Made by a program: the position numbers and the translations under genes
The notes under the pieces: generated by a model
What the model saw: the letters and a program-made list of their open reading frames with translations, nothing else
What the model was told of the DNA's origin: nothing
The model's database searches: none
Assembly: GCA_010093815.1 (NCBI GenBank)
Contig: ML996570.1
Strand: one strand, 5' to 3'
From: Pseudovirgaria hyperparasitica
Taxonomy: Eukaryota
DNA length: 64,000 nucleotides
Shown here: in pieces, positions 10,880 through 23,341 of the stretch
How positions within the stretch are numbered: the stretch's first letter is position 1
Layout: each line of letters opens with the position of its first letter

Positions 10880-13529
10880 ATGGCAATCCAAAAGAAGGCA
10901 AGTACTGATTTATAGACTTCATGGCCTTTGTGGCTGACTTATTTAGCACGGCAAAGGTCGTCTCGATAAATGGTATCGTTTGGCAAAAGAGAAAGGCTAT
11001 CGTGCGCGCGCGGCGTTCAAATTGATACAACTGAATAAGAAGTACAATTTTCTGGAAAAGAGCAAAGTGCTAATAGATCTCTGCGCTGCTCCAGGAGTGA
11101 GTCGTGTTCACCGCACTAAACCCTAATACTAACAAGCACAGTCATGGTGTCAAGTTGCCGCAGAGGTCATGCCCAGTGGCAGCCTCATAGTCGGTGTGGA
11201 CTTGTCGCCCATCAAGCCCGTCCCAAGATGCATCACGTTCCAAAGCGATATCACAACCGACAAGTGCCGCGCAACGTTGCGGCAGCACCTTAAGACCTTC
11301 AAAGCAGACACTGTACTTCACGACGGAGCTCCGAATGTTGGTACGGCTTGGGTCCAGGACGCTTTTTCCCAGGCGGAGTTGGTCCTACAGTCCATGAAAC
11401 TAGCGACGGAATTCCTTTGCGAGGGTGGAACATTTGTGACCAAAGTCTTCAGATCAAAAGATTACAACCCTCTGCTTTGGGTTTTCAATCAGCTATTTAC
11501 CAAAGTCGAGGCAACAAAGCCTCCGTCATCTCGTAATGTCTCCGCCGAGATCTTCGTTGTATGCCGGGGCTACAAAGCACCCAAGCGGATAGATCCTAAA
11601 TTCCTCGACCCTCGATCTGTCTTTGCAGAACTCTCTGATCCTACACCGAATAACGAGGCAAAGGTTTATAATCCAGAAGTAAAAAAGAGGAGGAGAGAGG
11701 GTTATGAAGAGGGTGACTACATCCAATTCAAAGAGGTTCCTGCCAGCGAATTTATACACACTACGGACCCAATTGCTATGCTAGGATCACATAACAAACT
11801 TAGCTTCGATCAGAAGCCAAACGGTGACATTGCTCTTGCCACTCTCGATAAGCTTCCTGAAACAACGCAGGAGATTAGAGACTGCTGTGCGGACTTGAAG
11901 GTATTAGGAAGAGCAGACTTCAAGCGCCTCCTGAGGTGGCGATTAAAAGTGCGAGATATATTTGGCTTCTCAAAAAAACAAAAAGATGCACAGGCTGCAG
12001 AGCAAGATGAAGTTGCCGAGGTAGAGCCTATGGACGAGGAATTGAAAATGCAAGAAGAAATCCAACAGATGAAGGATAGAGACAACGCTGTGAAGAAACG
12101 AGAAAGAAGAAGAGCGAATGAAAAGAGAACGAAAGAGATCACTCGGATGCAAATGGGCATGACGACGCCTTTTGACATCGGCCTAGAACAAGAAGGCCTC
12201 CAAGGAGCCGACTCTGTCTTTGCTCTTAAGACTGTTGACAAGGCTGGTGGTGTGAATAAGATCGCCAGAGGAAAGATGCACACTATCTTGGATAGTGACG
12301 ATGATGAGCATTCCAAGTTGGAGGCTGAAGACGAAGATGAGGAGAGCGACGATGAGCAAGATGCTCTTGAGAGGGAGCTTGATGCTGATTACGAGGCGTA
12401 CCAAGAGCGACGAGCAATGGTCGATACAAAATACCGAGCCAAAAAAGCAAGGCGGACTTTCAAGGAAGACGATGAGGAGTTTGAAGGCTTCTCGGATCGG
12501 GAAACAGGTGATACCTCGGATAATGATCACATCATGCGTGATGAAGACAGCGGATCTGAGAGCGATACCGATGAAGATGGAGAGCAACATTTAATCACAG
12601 ACCTGGACGTGGAAGCCAAGGCTCCAAATTCTCTCAGCAAGCGCGCGCATATGTTTTTTGATCAATTTGAAGGTATAGACGGCCTGGATGATGAGGAAAT
12701 GGACAGCGGAATCGACGTAGACGAGGGCGACGCAGAATCATCGCATGCAATATCGGCTACACAATTGCCGTCTAGGCCAAAGAAGAAATCAGAACTAAGA
12801 TCGACAATCCAAGTAACGAAGTCCGAATTAGACCAGACAATCGAAGCGAGAAAATCACAGACAGAGGATGACGACTGGTCGTCTGATGATGATGACTCGA
12901 ATGGCTTCGAAACAGTCAAACGCAACGAGACAGAGTGGGAGGCAGGTGCGACTCCCATGAAGAATGGACGGCCAGATATCGACATCATCACAGCTGAAGC
13001 CATGACTCTCGCCCAGCAGCTTGCCACTGGCAAAAAGTCAAAATACGATATGCTCGATGATGGTTTCAACAAATATTCCCTTCGCGACGTTGACGGCTTG
13101 CCCGAATGGTTCCTCGACGACGAGAATCGCCACTCCAAACTCCAAAGGCCCATCACGGCGGCAGCAGCAGCAGTAATCAAAGAAAAGATGCGCGCCTTGA
13201 ATGCTCGACCAATCAAGAAGGTCCGGGAAGCCAAAGACCGAAAGAAGTTCAAGGCTGCGCAACGACTGGAGAAGCTGAAACAGAAATCTTCCATGCTGAT
13301 TGATGACGAGGGCATGACGGAGAAGGAGAAAGCTTCCAGCATCTCCAAGCTGATGGCCAAAGCAAAGAAGAAGAAGCCAAAGCAGCAAGTCAAAGTCGTT
13401 GTGGCAACTGGTAGGAATAGGGCGAATCCAGGGCGACCGAGTGGCACGAAGGGTAAATACAAGATGGTGGATGCGAGGTTAAAGAAGGATGTCAGGGCGG
13501 AGAAGAGATTGGCGAAGAAAAGGAAGTAG
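10880..13529 (+). CDS. SPB1: 27S pre-rRNA 2'-O-methyltransferase Spb1 (FtsJ family), 3 exons
   Basis: [32 protein letters not shown]...DLCAAPG|SW; introns 10898-10946 (GC-AG) and 11097-11141. Also [23 protein letters not shown] and the Spb1 C-terminal domain. Confidence 0.97.
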
Positions 13530-13970
13530 TTTACTGCGTTTAGTGGCACTGCTTTGGCTCGCGTGGTGAGGTGTTCAGCATTAAGTGAAAAAGTTTATAT
13601 ACTATAACTGTGGTTCTCGATGAATCCTAGGAATAATTCATGCTAACGAATGATTCGACTCTTCTTCGCGGAACTTTCTATTTGTATAGCATCTTTGACC
13701 TGGCGGTCGTTGAGACCTCTGAGTAGCTAAGGCAAAGCATGCCTTAAGTCACGATTCCCGCAATCTTCGATTGGTACGAGCATATGGACACGATTTGATT
13801 GAGCGCTAGACTGTGTACATGCGAGTAGATTACAATTACAATTGACAATTTTTTGAAGTACAATCCGGAAGAAAAGCAAGGCACTCTCAACGACTGACGC
13901 TTTTCGCTTTAGTGAGCGCAATCATGATGCACCAACGTCCTGCACAATGCCCTGTAAGCTACAGGCTCAT

Positions 13971-15420
13971 TCATGCCTTCATCGTCATTTTCTTTTGTCC
14001 CTTGCGCTGGCTCTTCTCCCGCTCCTTCTCCAAAAACTTCCTCTGATCCTCAGCGCTCAGATTTTTCAGCGAGGCATCACGCTTCTCCTTCTTTTCTTTA
14101 TCCGCCTTGAGTTTACGCTCTTCGGCTTTCTCCGAGTCGTCAATCTTACGAATCTTCTTCATTTCGTCTTCGCGTGTTTGCTTCACACGGCGTAGGGCTT
14201 CGGCGCGGAAGCGACCACCTGAGACTAGAGAATCCACTATGCGGATGGCAGATTGAAACAGTGGTAGGTGGGCGCTGTATTTATCATTGGAAGGAATTCG
14301 AAGGGACAGAGTAGTGCGCTTCTTGGGCACGAGCTCGTCGAGCCTACATTATGTCAGCGTGCACCAATGGTGCAAGGGGTTAATACATACTTCTTCGGTT
14401 GGTCTATTGGCATGTCTGTGATAATGATGGCTTCAAAATTCTCTTCGCCGGCCGTTTCAATGGCTTTAATCAAGTCCGCGGTCAATAGTGTGTCTGTGAT
14501 TTCCGCGCTCTCACTCATAACGGTTGCCCAAGTAGGTAGCTTCGCATTATCCTTAGTGGTTGTGAGGGAGAGGTCGTAGCGATCGTCGCGTAGACGCTTC
14601 ATCAGATTCTTGTGGACGACGGCGAAGACGAAGCCATCGTAGGTTGAATTACCGGATTTCTTCACACTCTCCGCGGAGGGTACTAAACTGGACTCGCGGC
14701 CGTCGAAATTGTATATCGAGACTTCCATGCGCTCTTCTGAAGCAGGCAAACTCTCAAAGAAGAAACCCAGAGCTATCTCTCCATATCGCAAGATAGGATT
14801 ATATCGCTTCACAAACGTAAGTTTGACGTCCATAAAAGCCACGTTCTGGCGACCAGTCGCGTATGTTATAAATTCGTTTGCAGCCTTCTCTTTGAGTAGC
14901 TGCTCTGGTACAACCATATCAAACGCCATGCCTGCCAGGCCCTGGGAGGCAGCTTCGTCAATGTTCGGGGTCTTACGTGTATCACCGAATCCGATCACTG
15001 CGAACTCTTGCTGCATTACAGGCGCATGCGCCGTTGCCCAGCTCTTTGCCTTCCGACGATTGACCCGTATTCCATAGAAGTGAAATAACAAAATAAGCAA
15101 GATGAATGGCGCAATCATCATCTCCAGATAGAAGTCGGACGCCTGCGTGCGTTCCCATACACGATACCATTTTGTGAAAGGTTTGGCGGTACCGGTAGCA
15201 AATGGGGCTGATGGTATCGATGGATCTGATGCTATGGATACCGGAGATGGATCAGGGGCTTCAGCAAAGTCGGCAAAGTCTGTAGAGGGATAATTGTCAG
15301 TCAATTGATGCTTCAGTGACTTATGAACAGTGGACTGGCGTAGAACACACCGGCATCGGTTGCTGGCGCGTGCGACGGAGTGCTCCCACTACCGAAGAAT
15401 TTATTGAACAAGTCAGCCAT
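13971..15420 (-). CDS. CCDC47: DUF1682 / CCDC47-like ER membrane protein (PAT complex subunit), 3 exons
   Basis: ATG 15420; introns 15350-15280 and 14390-14344. One TM segment, YATGRQN, RDDRYDLSLT, VMSESAEIT and a basic coiled-coil tail (LSAEDQRKFLEKEREK). Confidence 0.88.
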
Positions 15421-15926
15421 CTTGTAGACGTTGTTGTAGCTATAGCGTCACTGGATTGTGCCCAGGAACTGGTAAGTTGATGCAATTGTCGCCGGTGATG
15501 AACGCGCTGCGCCCGGGCAAAAAACGGGTGAGGTAATTACCTGCCCATGTATGTCGGTATCGAAACTAAGCAACAGTGGGGCTGAATTGAGGATCCTAGG
15601 CAGCACAGCATCGAATTTCAAGATGCCCAAACGTCTGTGACATGACTAATGTGTACTGTATATACTTCATTATCGTATAAATATTGTGTGAAGACTAACT
15701 TTGCCAAAGTATCAAGACAAGAGAAAGATCAAATACTGCTTAGGCAAACACGAACTCCATGGGTACGAAGGAGACAAGAAGTCAATACAACAAGTTCCAC
15801 TTAGTACACAAAAGGCATCATTGTAGTGCCTGGTTTACTCTATTGTAGCTATACATGGAGCTTTGTCATCGCATTACAAAGAGGAGTTGGTCCTTGATAG
15901 GTTGCTGTACTCGATCCGTTAGAACC

Positions 15927-16642
15927 CTAACCTTCGCCGAACCAAGTCTTGTGGCCCTGTTGTACTTGTTAGCTTTGTTTTGTTGTGACTATCCTTAAGT
16001 GGTATGCGGAAGCACTGGATCAGGGCGTGCTAAGGAGCTCCCATTTTGAGATCGCACACGTCCTCGAGAGGCGCAAAGCCTCCCTGATGATTCCACATTG
16101 AGATCTGATCTGATCTAGGAGTGATGAACCTACCAATACCATGCGGCACATGCAGTAAGTGGATGCTAATAACATTAGCACTTGCAATAACTGGCTTCAA
16201 AGGAACAGCGAGGTCGAAAGGCTTACCACCGAAGGAGCCCCACAACACTGCGTAGTATGGGTAAAGCATGTATTTACTACGGGGAGTCTGATGCAGTCCA
16301 AGTCAGCAGAGATTCCATGTCTTCCACTTTTCATCCATGTGTTGTCTTTGTGGCACGAGGTGGGTGGGACGCGTTTGCTTCAAGGTCGACGTAGACGCCA
16401 GCTGTGTAAGCGCGTATAGCATCTCTACGCACCTTGTTCCATTGTCTGACTCCGTCGTTTTTCTGGAATAGCCTCTGGTAGTGAGGGACGTTATTTTGGC
16501 GATAGATAAAGCTATGCAAACCGTCAGCGGGAAGTTGCGAGAAGAAGTAAGTCGAAGCATCTCAAAGTCGAAACCGACAATGAATCGACTCCTCGGTTCG
16601 ACGGAGAACGTACCCTGCAGCTCTACGAAGTGTTGGTTGCAT
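15927..16642 (-). CDS. COX7: Cytochrome c oxidase subunit VII-like protein, 76 aa, 5 exons (not visible as one ORF)
   Basis: Exons 16642-16614, 16511-16433, 16287-16227, 16165-16134, 15956-15927, all GT-AG with branch points, give MQPTLRRAAGFIYRQNNVPHYQRLFQKNDGVRQWNKTPRSKYMLYPYYAVLWGSFGASTYCMCRMVLGHKTWFGEG. Confidence 0.85.
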
Positions 16643-16888
16643 ATTGAGTGGAGATGGAAGTCGACGTCCGGTGTCAATTGAGGTTCGGCGTTGCAAAGAC
16701 TGAGAGGTCTCAGGGTGTGAAGTCAAATCGCGATACCGTAGGTTCCTGCCTCAGGCCTCTACGCTAGGTAGCAATTAGTGTCTGTTCCTCCGCATTTGGA
16801 TTTGTATAACTGGGTTTAACACTTTGTCATTCTGAGAGTTCTGTCTGACAGAGTCTGCCATTCTTGATCGTTCAACCATCTTGCGCCC

Positions 16889-19723
16889 ATGCCCACGGCG
16901 CTAGAGAGGCTTCTCGTCCGATCGACCACCTTGCGACTACTACGTACAATCCTTACCCGCGCGGAAATACTTTCTCTACATACGTTGAACCTACATCAAT
17001 GCTGTCGAGCACAACTATACAGCAATGCGGTGCGACCTGATACCAAAAACCAATTTCCAGTACTTCAGTCCTCGACCAAACAGCAGAGAACAGGACCTTC
17101 TGAAGATGGCGACATCGCTGTCAAAAACAAACAGCGGAAACGCCCGAACCAAAGAATACGGAAGACTGAGACGGACTCCTTACTGAGGATCCGAAAATTC
17201 GTTACTGTCTCGGACGTTCCTACCTTATCACACTCTGAATCTTTGCGAGCGACTGCCAACGTAGACCAACATATCGATAACGAATCGCTACCAAAGCAAA
17301 AATGCGGGCAGGACGAGAAACACAAAAGCCATCAGTTGGACGAGAAGCCGAGTACAGTTGCAACACCCATAATACCGCGACTATTGTCCGCCGTGCCCCT
17401 GCCAGTCCGGCGTATTAAACCTAAGATACGAAGTCCTTCCGTAAGGCATATTGTGCGAAGTCGTAGTGTACAAGATAATATGCAGAGTGTTCGCGTGCAA
17501 CATGACGTACGCAATCGTCGGGCAATGTACAGGGTGAGGAATAGTATCCGAATCCGCCGTATAACCGTTAAGGCGAGGCATGATGTGCGCGTTCGTGGCG
17601 TCAAACACCTGTTGCGTAGTAGACAAGTGAGAAAACACACCTGCCTATCGTCGGTTCAAACAGACATCCGGGACTTTGACGAGTCCCCTCTAGGTTCTAA
17701 GGCTTCGCTAGATGGTCAGGTAACACCTAGGCCCGATGATGGCATTATTTCTGGGGCGAAGACGATTCCGAGACGTTCACACCCTCTCAAAGCCCCTGTC
17801 GTTCAGGAGAACCGTAGAGAGAGCTCTCTACAAGTAGATCTGCTTCCCGATTATAAGACTTGGGCACAACTCCTGAAGAAAGGTCGAGGACGCATTGAAC
17901 AGGGGGCTCTCAGGGATATTTGGGACTCGATGCAGAAGCAGAACATCAGCCTCCCTGTAGGTGGCCGTACATCACAGATCATCTGGGACACTCTTATGAT
18001 GGATTCTACTTTGACGGAAGCGATTGTTCAGCATGCTTTGGACGTCCAAGAGAGGCGAGGTGAAACACACCCGTCGCTCTACGAACAGGCTATTAGGACC
18101 CATCTCGTCCAAAACCCTTCCAGAGCAAGGAAGCTGCATGAAATGATGCTCGGCCGTTTATCCGTGTCCGAAACCTTCCTTCGAACCATCGCTCCGTCAC
18201 TACCTGCTGATAGAGAAATCCTTGCCGTATTCCGAGACATATACGAAGATACAAACCAGAGCGATGTCTATGATGCGCTCATGCCAAGATTGCTCATGTC
18301 TGACGCTCAAGATCTCGCTATCGACTGGCACAGATATCTTGTCAATAACGATGACGTACCTTCGAACGCTGTTGCGGAACGCTTCGGTATTCAGGGTGGT
18401 CAAGTCCGACTCCCCCGTGCGCAAGCAAGAGAGACGTCTACTAGATGCATTTCTCAGCATCAAGATAGCGTTAGCTTCCAGCAGGCACCTGCCGATCACC
18501 ATCAGAGTTTACATTCGGATCCTCGCGCTCCCATTGTCCAATCGACTGGCACAGACAAAGGCGATACGATATGCGCAAAGCTATTCGCTACCAAGGTTAT
18601 ATCCGTAGATACAGCCATCCATGGCCTTGCTGCGTTTGGTGTTACAAATATTGGCTCTGTTGCATTTAGAGAATTAGCTCTCCGGCTTGAATCATCCCGC
18701 GAAATCCTTCATAGGATGGATGACCTCAAGAGCCATAGCGTCGCAGTCCAAAACAGCGTGTTCGTTAATGCCGTGACTACTTTCGCGCAAGCAGGTCGTG
18801 ACGACCTCCTCAAAAGTCTCTTGAGGAGCGACCAGCATCCAGATGTGCTTGAAGACACTGAGCTTCAATTCAACTTGTTGTCTCATTACTTGGTTCGGGG
18901 AGACTGGGAGCAGGTGGAGCGCACTCTTCAAGTACTTACACTCGGGCAAGAGAACCGACCTGTTACAGCGTGGAACATTTACCTCCAGGCCCGCATCCGT
19001 CATAGCAACATCACGGATCTGGAGCCTGTCGCAAAAGTAATTGAATGGATGTTTTTCTACCGTATACCCCTTAACAAAGAAAGCCATATCCAGCTGAGGA
19101 GCATTCTTCGAATGCGTAACACAGGCAGGAGACCAGAACCTCTGCCAAGCGGCTACAGAGGCATGGGTCCCGATGTATTACTAGTCACTAATGTCTATCG
19201 GAGGCTGGCTGAGTCCGGGGAATACGTCAGCCGGACCGCGTGGTTGGAGCTGTTGAAACGAATCGGCATGTGTGCTTCCTTAGCAGAGCTACAACGCATA
19301 TCCTTTTGGCTCCTGGATTTACACGACCGCCGCGAGTACTTCCGCGTCTTCCCCATACAAACCATTCGCGCATTTGTCACTTGGGCGATGCGCAAATCAT
19401 TAACATGGGAAAATCAAAACCCACGGAACTGGTCTGACGGTATAAGAACCCTTCGTAGACTCCGAAATCGCGGGTTACATATTCCCACGTCTGCAGTGAA
19501 AGCCGAGTTACGACATAAATTCACTAATCTGTTTGCCCGCTCCGTGCATTCAAGGAACGAGCACCCGAGGCGCAAGTGGGCGCATTACGCTAGAGCGCGG
19601 AATCCGTTCTCATTGAAGGAAATGATTCGCGAATCTGAACTGATATGGGGACGTCCCATGTTCCAGCCGTATGTGAAGAAAGGCAGAAATGACAGCCAAG
19701 AACATCCAGGTGCGAGGGGATGA
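16889..19723 (+). CDS. Probable mitochondrial pentatricopeptide-repeat-like protein, 944 aa
   Basis: Long uninterrupted ORF with an Arg/Leu-rich presequence-like N-terminus and a helical-repeat C-terminal half containing LLRSDQHPDVLED. The family call is from recognition only. Confidence 0.65.
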   Translation: MPTALERLLVRSTTLRLLRTILTRAEILSLHTLNLHQCCRAQLYSNAVRPDTKNQFPVLQSSTKQQRTGPSEDGDIAVKNKQRKRPNQRIRKTETDSLLRIRKFVTVSDVPTLSHSESLRATANVDQHIDNESLPKQKCGQDEKHKSHQLDEKPSTVATPIIPRLLSAVPLPVRRIKPKIRSPSVRHIVRSRSVQDNMQSVRVQHDVRNRRAMYRVRNSIRIRRITVKARHDVRVRGVKHLLRSRQVRKHTCLSSVQTDIRDFDESPLGSKASLDGQVTPRPDDGIISGAKTIPRRSHPLKAPVVQENRRESSLQVDLLPDYKTWAQLLKKGRGRIEQGALRDIWDSMQKQNISLPVGGRTSQIIWDTLMMDSTLTEAIVQHALDVQERRGETHPSLYEQAIRTHLVQNPSRARKLHEMMLGRLSVSETFLRTIAPSLPADREILAVFRDIYEDTNQSDVYDALMPRLLMSDAQDLAIDWHRYLVNNDDVPSNAVAERFGIQGGQVRLPRAQARETSTRCISQHQDSVSFQQAPADHHQSLHSDPRAPIVQSTGTDKGDTICAKLFATKVISVDTAIHGLAAFGVTNIGSVAFRELALRLESSREILHRMDDLKSHSVAVQNSVFVNAVTTFAQAGRDDLLKSLLRSDQHPDVLEDTELQFNLLSHYLVRGDWEQVERTLQVLTLGQENRPVTAWNIYLQARIRHSNITDLEPVAKVIEWMFFYRIPLNKESHIQLRSILRMRNTGRRPEPLPSGYRGMGPDVLLVTNVYRRLAESGEYVSRTAWLELLKRIGMCASLAELQRISFWLLDLHDRREYFRVFPIQTIRAFVTWAMRKSLTWENQNPRNWSDGIRTLRRLRNRGLHIPTSAVKAELRHKFTNLFARSVHSRNEHPRRKWAHYARARNPFSLKEMIRESELIWGRPMFQPYVKKGRNDSQEHPGARG

Positions 19724-22700
19724 AGTGTAATTAAGAGAATATTACACGGGTAACAATCGAGTAAGTTGTCTACAGTGGACTTAATCTCTCTATGATTCAT
19801 CTGTAGAGGCAAATGGAAGTGACGAGCTCTGGTGCATGGCTAGGGGTTAAATACTGCGGGAAAGCGACAAACAAATATAGCCACAATATACCACCATCAC
19901 ACGCACCATCCAGTTTCGTTCGCATAGCCCCTGAAGCGTACGGATAACATCAACGCACAGTCGTGCCGCATCACGCACAATATCGCCATACATAACAAGC
20001 CACGATAGAGCGAAACATAACTTTTGTACTGGAGTCTGCGGGTGTGAAGTATCCATACAGATGGAGTTCGTTCGCTCTGAACACTGCCGGTCCAGGCGGC
20101 AAGCCTTCAGATCTACTAGAACACAAACGAGGACATGCCACACATAGCTAGAGTGTGACCGTGTATGTATGTAGTGTGATCAAAGTCGCTCGTCCGCTCC
20201 GTGTGGAAGGTGAACCTGATGTATTATGGGGAAAACCTGAAGGCAGGTCAGCGCAAGTATAACCGTCGGTCAAGCTCACCATGCGCTAACGCTAGTGACT
20301 ATCATTGTCATGCAAAGGGACAGAAGACCGTACCGCTCGCCCTGAAGCCACCGCCAGGCCCAATTTCCCTGGTCGACGCACGATAATAGGACATAAAAGT
20401 TCAGACCCTGATATGGGAGATTAGGCTCCCAGGGCGGAGCTTGAAGACAGACATCAGCAGATTTCGCTGGTTGTCAGCGCAATGCTGTGACTGCTATACA
20501 GGAACAATGGAAGAAGAAAAACGGCAAGGGGATACTGGCTATGGACTTGAGTGGATCTATAGTCGAGACTGTCGGGTAGGCCTATGGCCTGTAATCAATG
20601 AAGTAGCCGCCTGTCTTTGACCAAGAGTCTGTCAATGACTAGTAAAGTTGTGAAACAGATCTGAAGTACCGCCTGATACACGCCACAGGCATTGTTACTC
20701 TCGGTCAGATCAATAAAGATGCCGTTCACACGAATGGTAGGCAACGAAGGGAGAGACTTTGGCTATGCTTACAATCAACGACTTGTTTGTCCGGTATTCT
20801 GAGCACTCTATCCCACAATGGTCGATTGTCCTCACCATCCGCTGACAAGTTGGGGGTTTTCTAGATCATGAACTCAGAGTCGGAGTGGAGTTGCGATATA
20901 AAAAGCTGATTGAAAAGAAATTGTGCATGAGGTCAGAGCTAAGTACTCTCGTCAAGGTGCTTTCCGGCGATCCGTTGTTCCGTCATATTCACTCTTGCAA
21001 ATGGGCTCTCACTCAGGGGTAGATTGTCTGGAAGAGGTAAACACAGGGCATCAGGGCGCCTTGAGAAGGTCAAGAGTCATCATGTCATATCTTTGTGTCA
21101 TCGAATACAGCTTATTCGATAGCTATGCCTGTAGCTAAATGCTTTGGTCTTCCTATCAACTCTGGTTGGCTTCTCTGTATAACAAAAGTTCACGCAAACC
21201 ACCACCCTCAAGCTGCGAGCTACTTGAAAGCTTGACAGATACATTGCAAGATATATGCTACCTAGCCAGCAGTCTATCTAGGGTTTCATACTCTGTTCGA
21301 TCACCTAGGGCATTCGGGATTCGCATCAGCACACTGACTACAACCACAGTGTCCGTTCAATGGACAACCACGCGATACTCGAGCATTAATGGCCTTGAAT
21401 AGTTAGATAAGCAACTTAAGATAAAGCTAGGAGACTTCCACTCTGTTGAAGTTTCCTCATATCAATGAAACCATCTCATCTTACTCCAAACAAAACAAAT
21501 CATGACAAGAGCGCAAAGAAGAGCGAAGAAGAACAAATGAGGAATACTTACAGGCGACGAGATAATAGACCAATGAAGAGATGCATGACCCATGAATGCT
21601 CTACAAAGTGTATAAGCCAGTCAAAGTGGAAGTCGCCTCCAACTCAGTATGAGTACCTCAAACTAAACAACGCTATCTCATTTGAAGGTATGTCAGGATT
21701 TTAGCGATCTCGAGACGCCCAATGATCGCGTTTCGATATCGTAGAAACACTGCATATCTTTCTACTTGAAATAAACGCCAGCTATGCAATACGTCGAGAA
21801 CCAGACGGCATCATCCGAAACCATTCTCGTGGAGCACTGCACTGCCTCTATACACGGAAAAAGCCTTCTTACGAAACGCAATCCAACGTGGCATAGCCAT
21901 CGCTTCACGAGAAATCAACGATACTCGGCAACAGACCTGGCGCCGAGAGTCTGCTATATATCTCTACATTACGAGGCTCACTTACGAGTCCACGGTGGAC
22001 TCGAAATATCGTATCGATGTAGCAAAAGTCGAACAATCCTGCAGAAGCTAGACTGATTCGATTATGATTCCGGACGACCTTCTCATCAAATATAATGCCA
22101 ACTGTAAAGCGTTTTGTGGCAAATTCGTTATCCTCCCTAGGACGATGAATGGGCAATTCCGACTAACATTCTACTGTATAGACTAATGTATAAGAATGGT
22201 AATAAACCATATAAGTCCAGCAAGGGCAAGAAAGAGACGGGAAAAAAATCAAGCGCCAATAGTAACACATTCCAGTTAAGTAACAGTTCAAAGCGATATT
22301 TCAGATATAGTGTTACACGTCTCGCACGACACATAAGAATGCGTTTGCTCAGACCTGACCTTTCCAAAGCTGACGTATCAAATAAATAAAACCATGCATC
22401 CATGAAGGAGGCATCAAGTAGGAAGTTTCAAGACCACTAACATAACTAACCTGGCGCAATAAGTGGACGAAAAGGACCCAACTCCACATCTGGCAGAGCC
22501 ATATATATATAGCATATATACAACCACGCCTTATCAATTCCATCTGTCTCACACCACACCAAAGATAAACACCCAGCAACAAATTCCCGAAGCAACCATC
22601 CCACACCCAACTGTATTCACATTCCTAGCGCACAGACCTCTCCTCCCCTCTCCCACCCTACGAAGAAAACCATAAAATTCAAACAGCATCGAATCAGATC

Positions 22701-23341
22701 AGCCATACCTTCCCTGCTTCTAGTAACCGCAAGCTCAGGCAAGAGATCTGAGACGAGCTATGTTTGTGCTGTATTTCTTCTGGGTGAATTGAATATAACA
22801 TATGAGCAGGAGATCAGATGTTCACAAGGCACCACTACCGCGAACAAGGTAATATCGAATAAGAAGAACCAAAAGAGTGTTATAAATTCCTCTAACCCAA
22901 TAACCCAGCCCACAAGTCGTGCCAGTGATACATACGTACAAAACATCCATGAAACCCTGCGGAACACATAGTCTGAATAGTTGTATGTACCACCACGACC
23001 ACTTCCACCACATTCTATCCGTCCGACCCCTCGCCTGCGCACCAAACACTAAAGTAGAAAAAAAGAACGTTCAGAAACAAAATTTATTCGCACCCAACGA
23101 TCGAAACCTCACATATCGCATATTTCCACCTCTTAACCCCTTTATCTCTCTTTCAAAAGAACGTATATATTTTACCTATAGATACCTTCCATACCGATCC
23201 TCCTCTTTCATAAAGATCCATATATGTCCATACCTATACCTAAACACACGTTCTGTCGCAGGAATATATATCCCAATATGGAATATATACCTCCTACCCC
23301 TCTTCACCTAATAGGTGTCCATCCATTTAAAACCCCGTCTT

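Noticed and set aside
12662..13549. 295-aa antisense ORF over SPB1, and similar shadow ORFs over catalase, PLD and lipase
   Set aside because: Antisense artefacts of codon bias in real genes.
16084..16130. CTGATGA hammerhead-like core (also on the minus strand near 53145)
   Set aside because: No stem II followed by GAAA and no stems I/III.
19850..22150. Short ORFs that might be a transposon or gene relic
   Set aside because: No transposase, RT or integrase motifs, terminal repeats or consistent splice model were recognisable.
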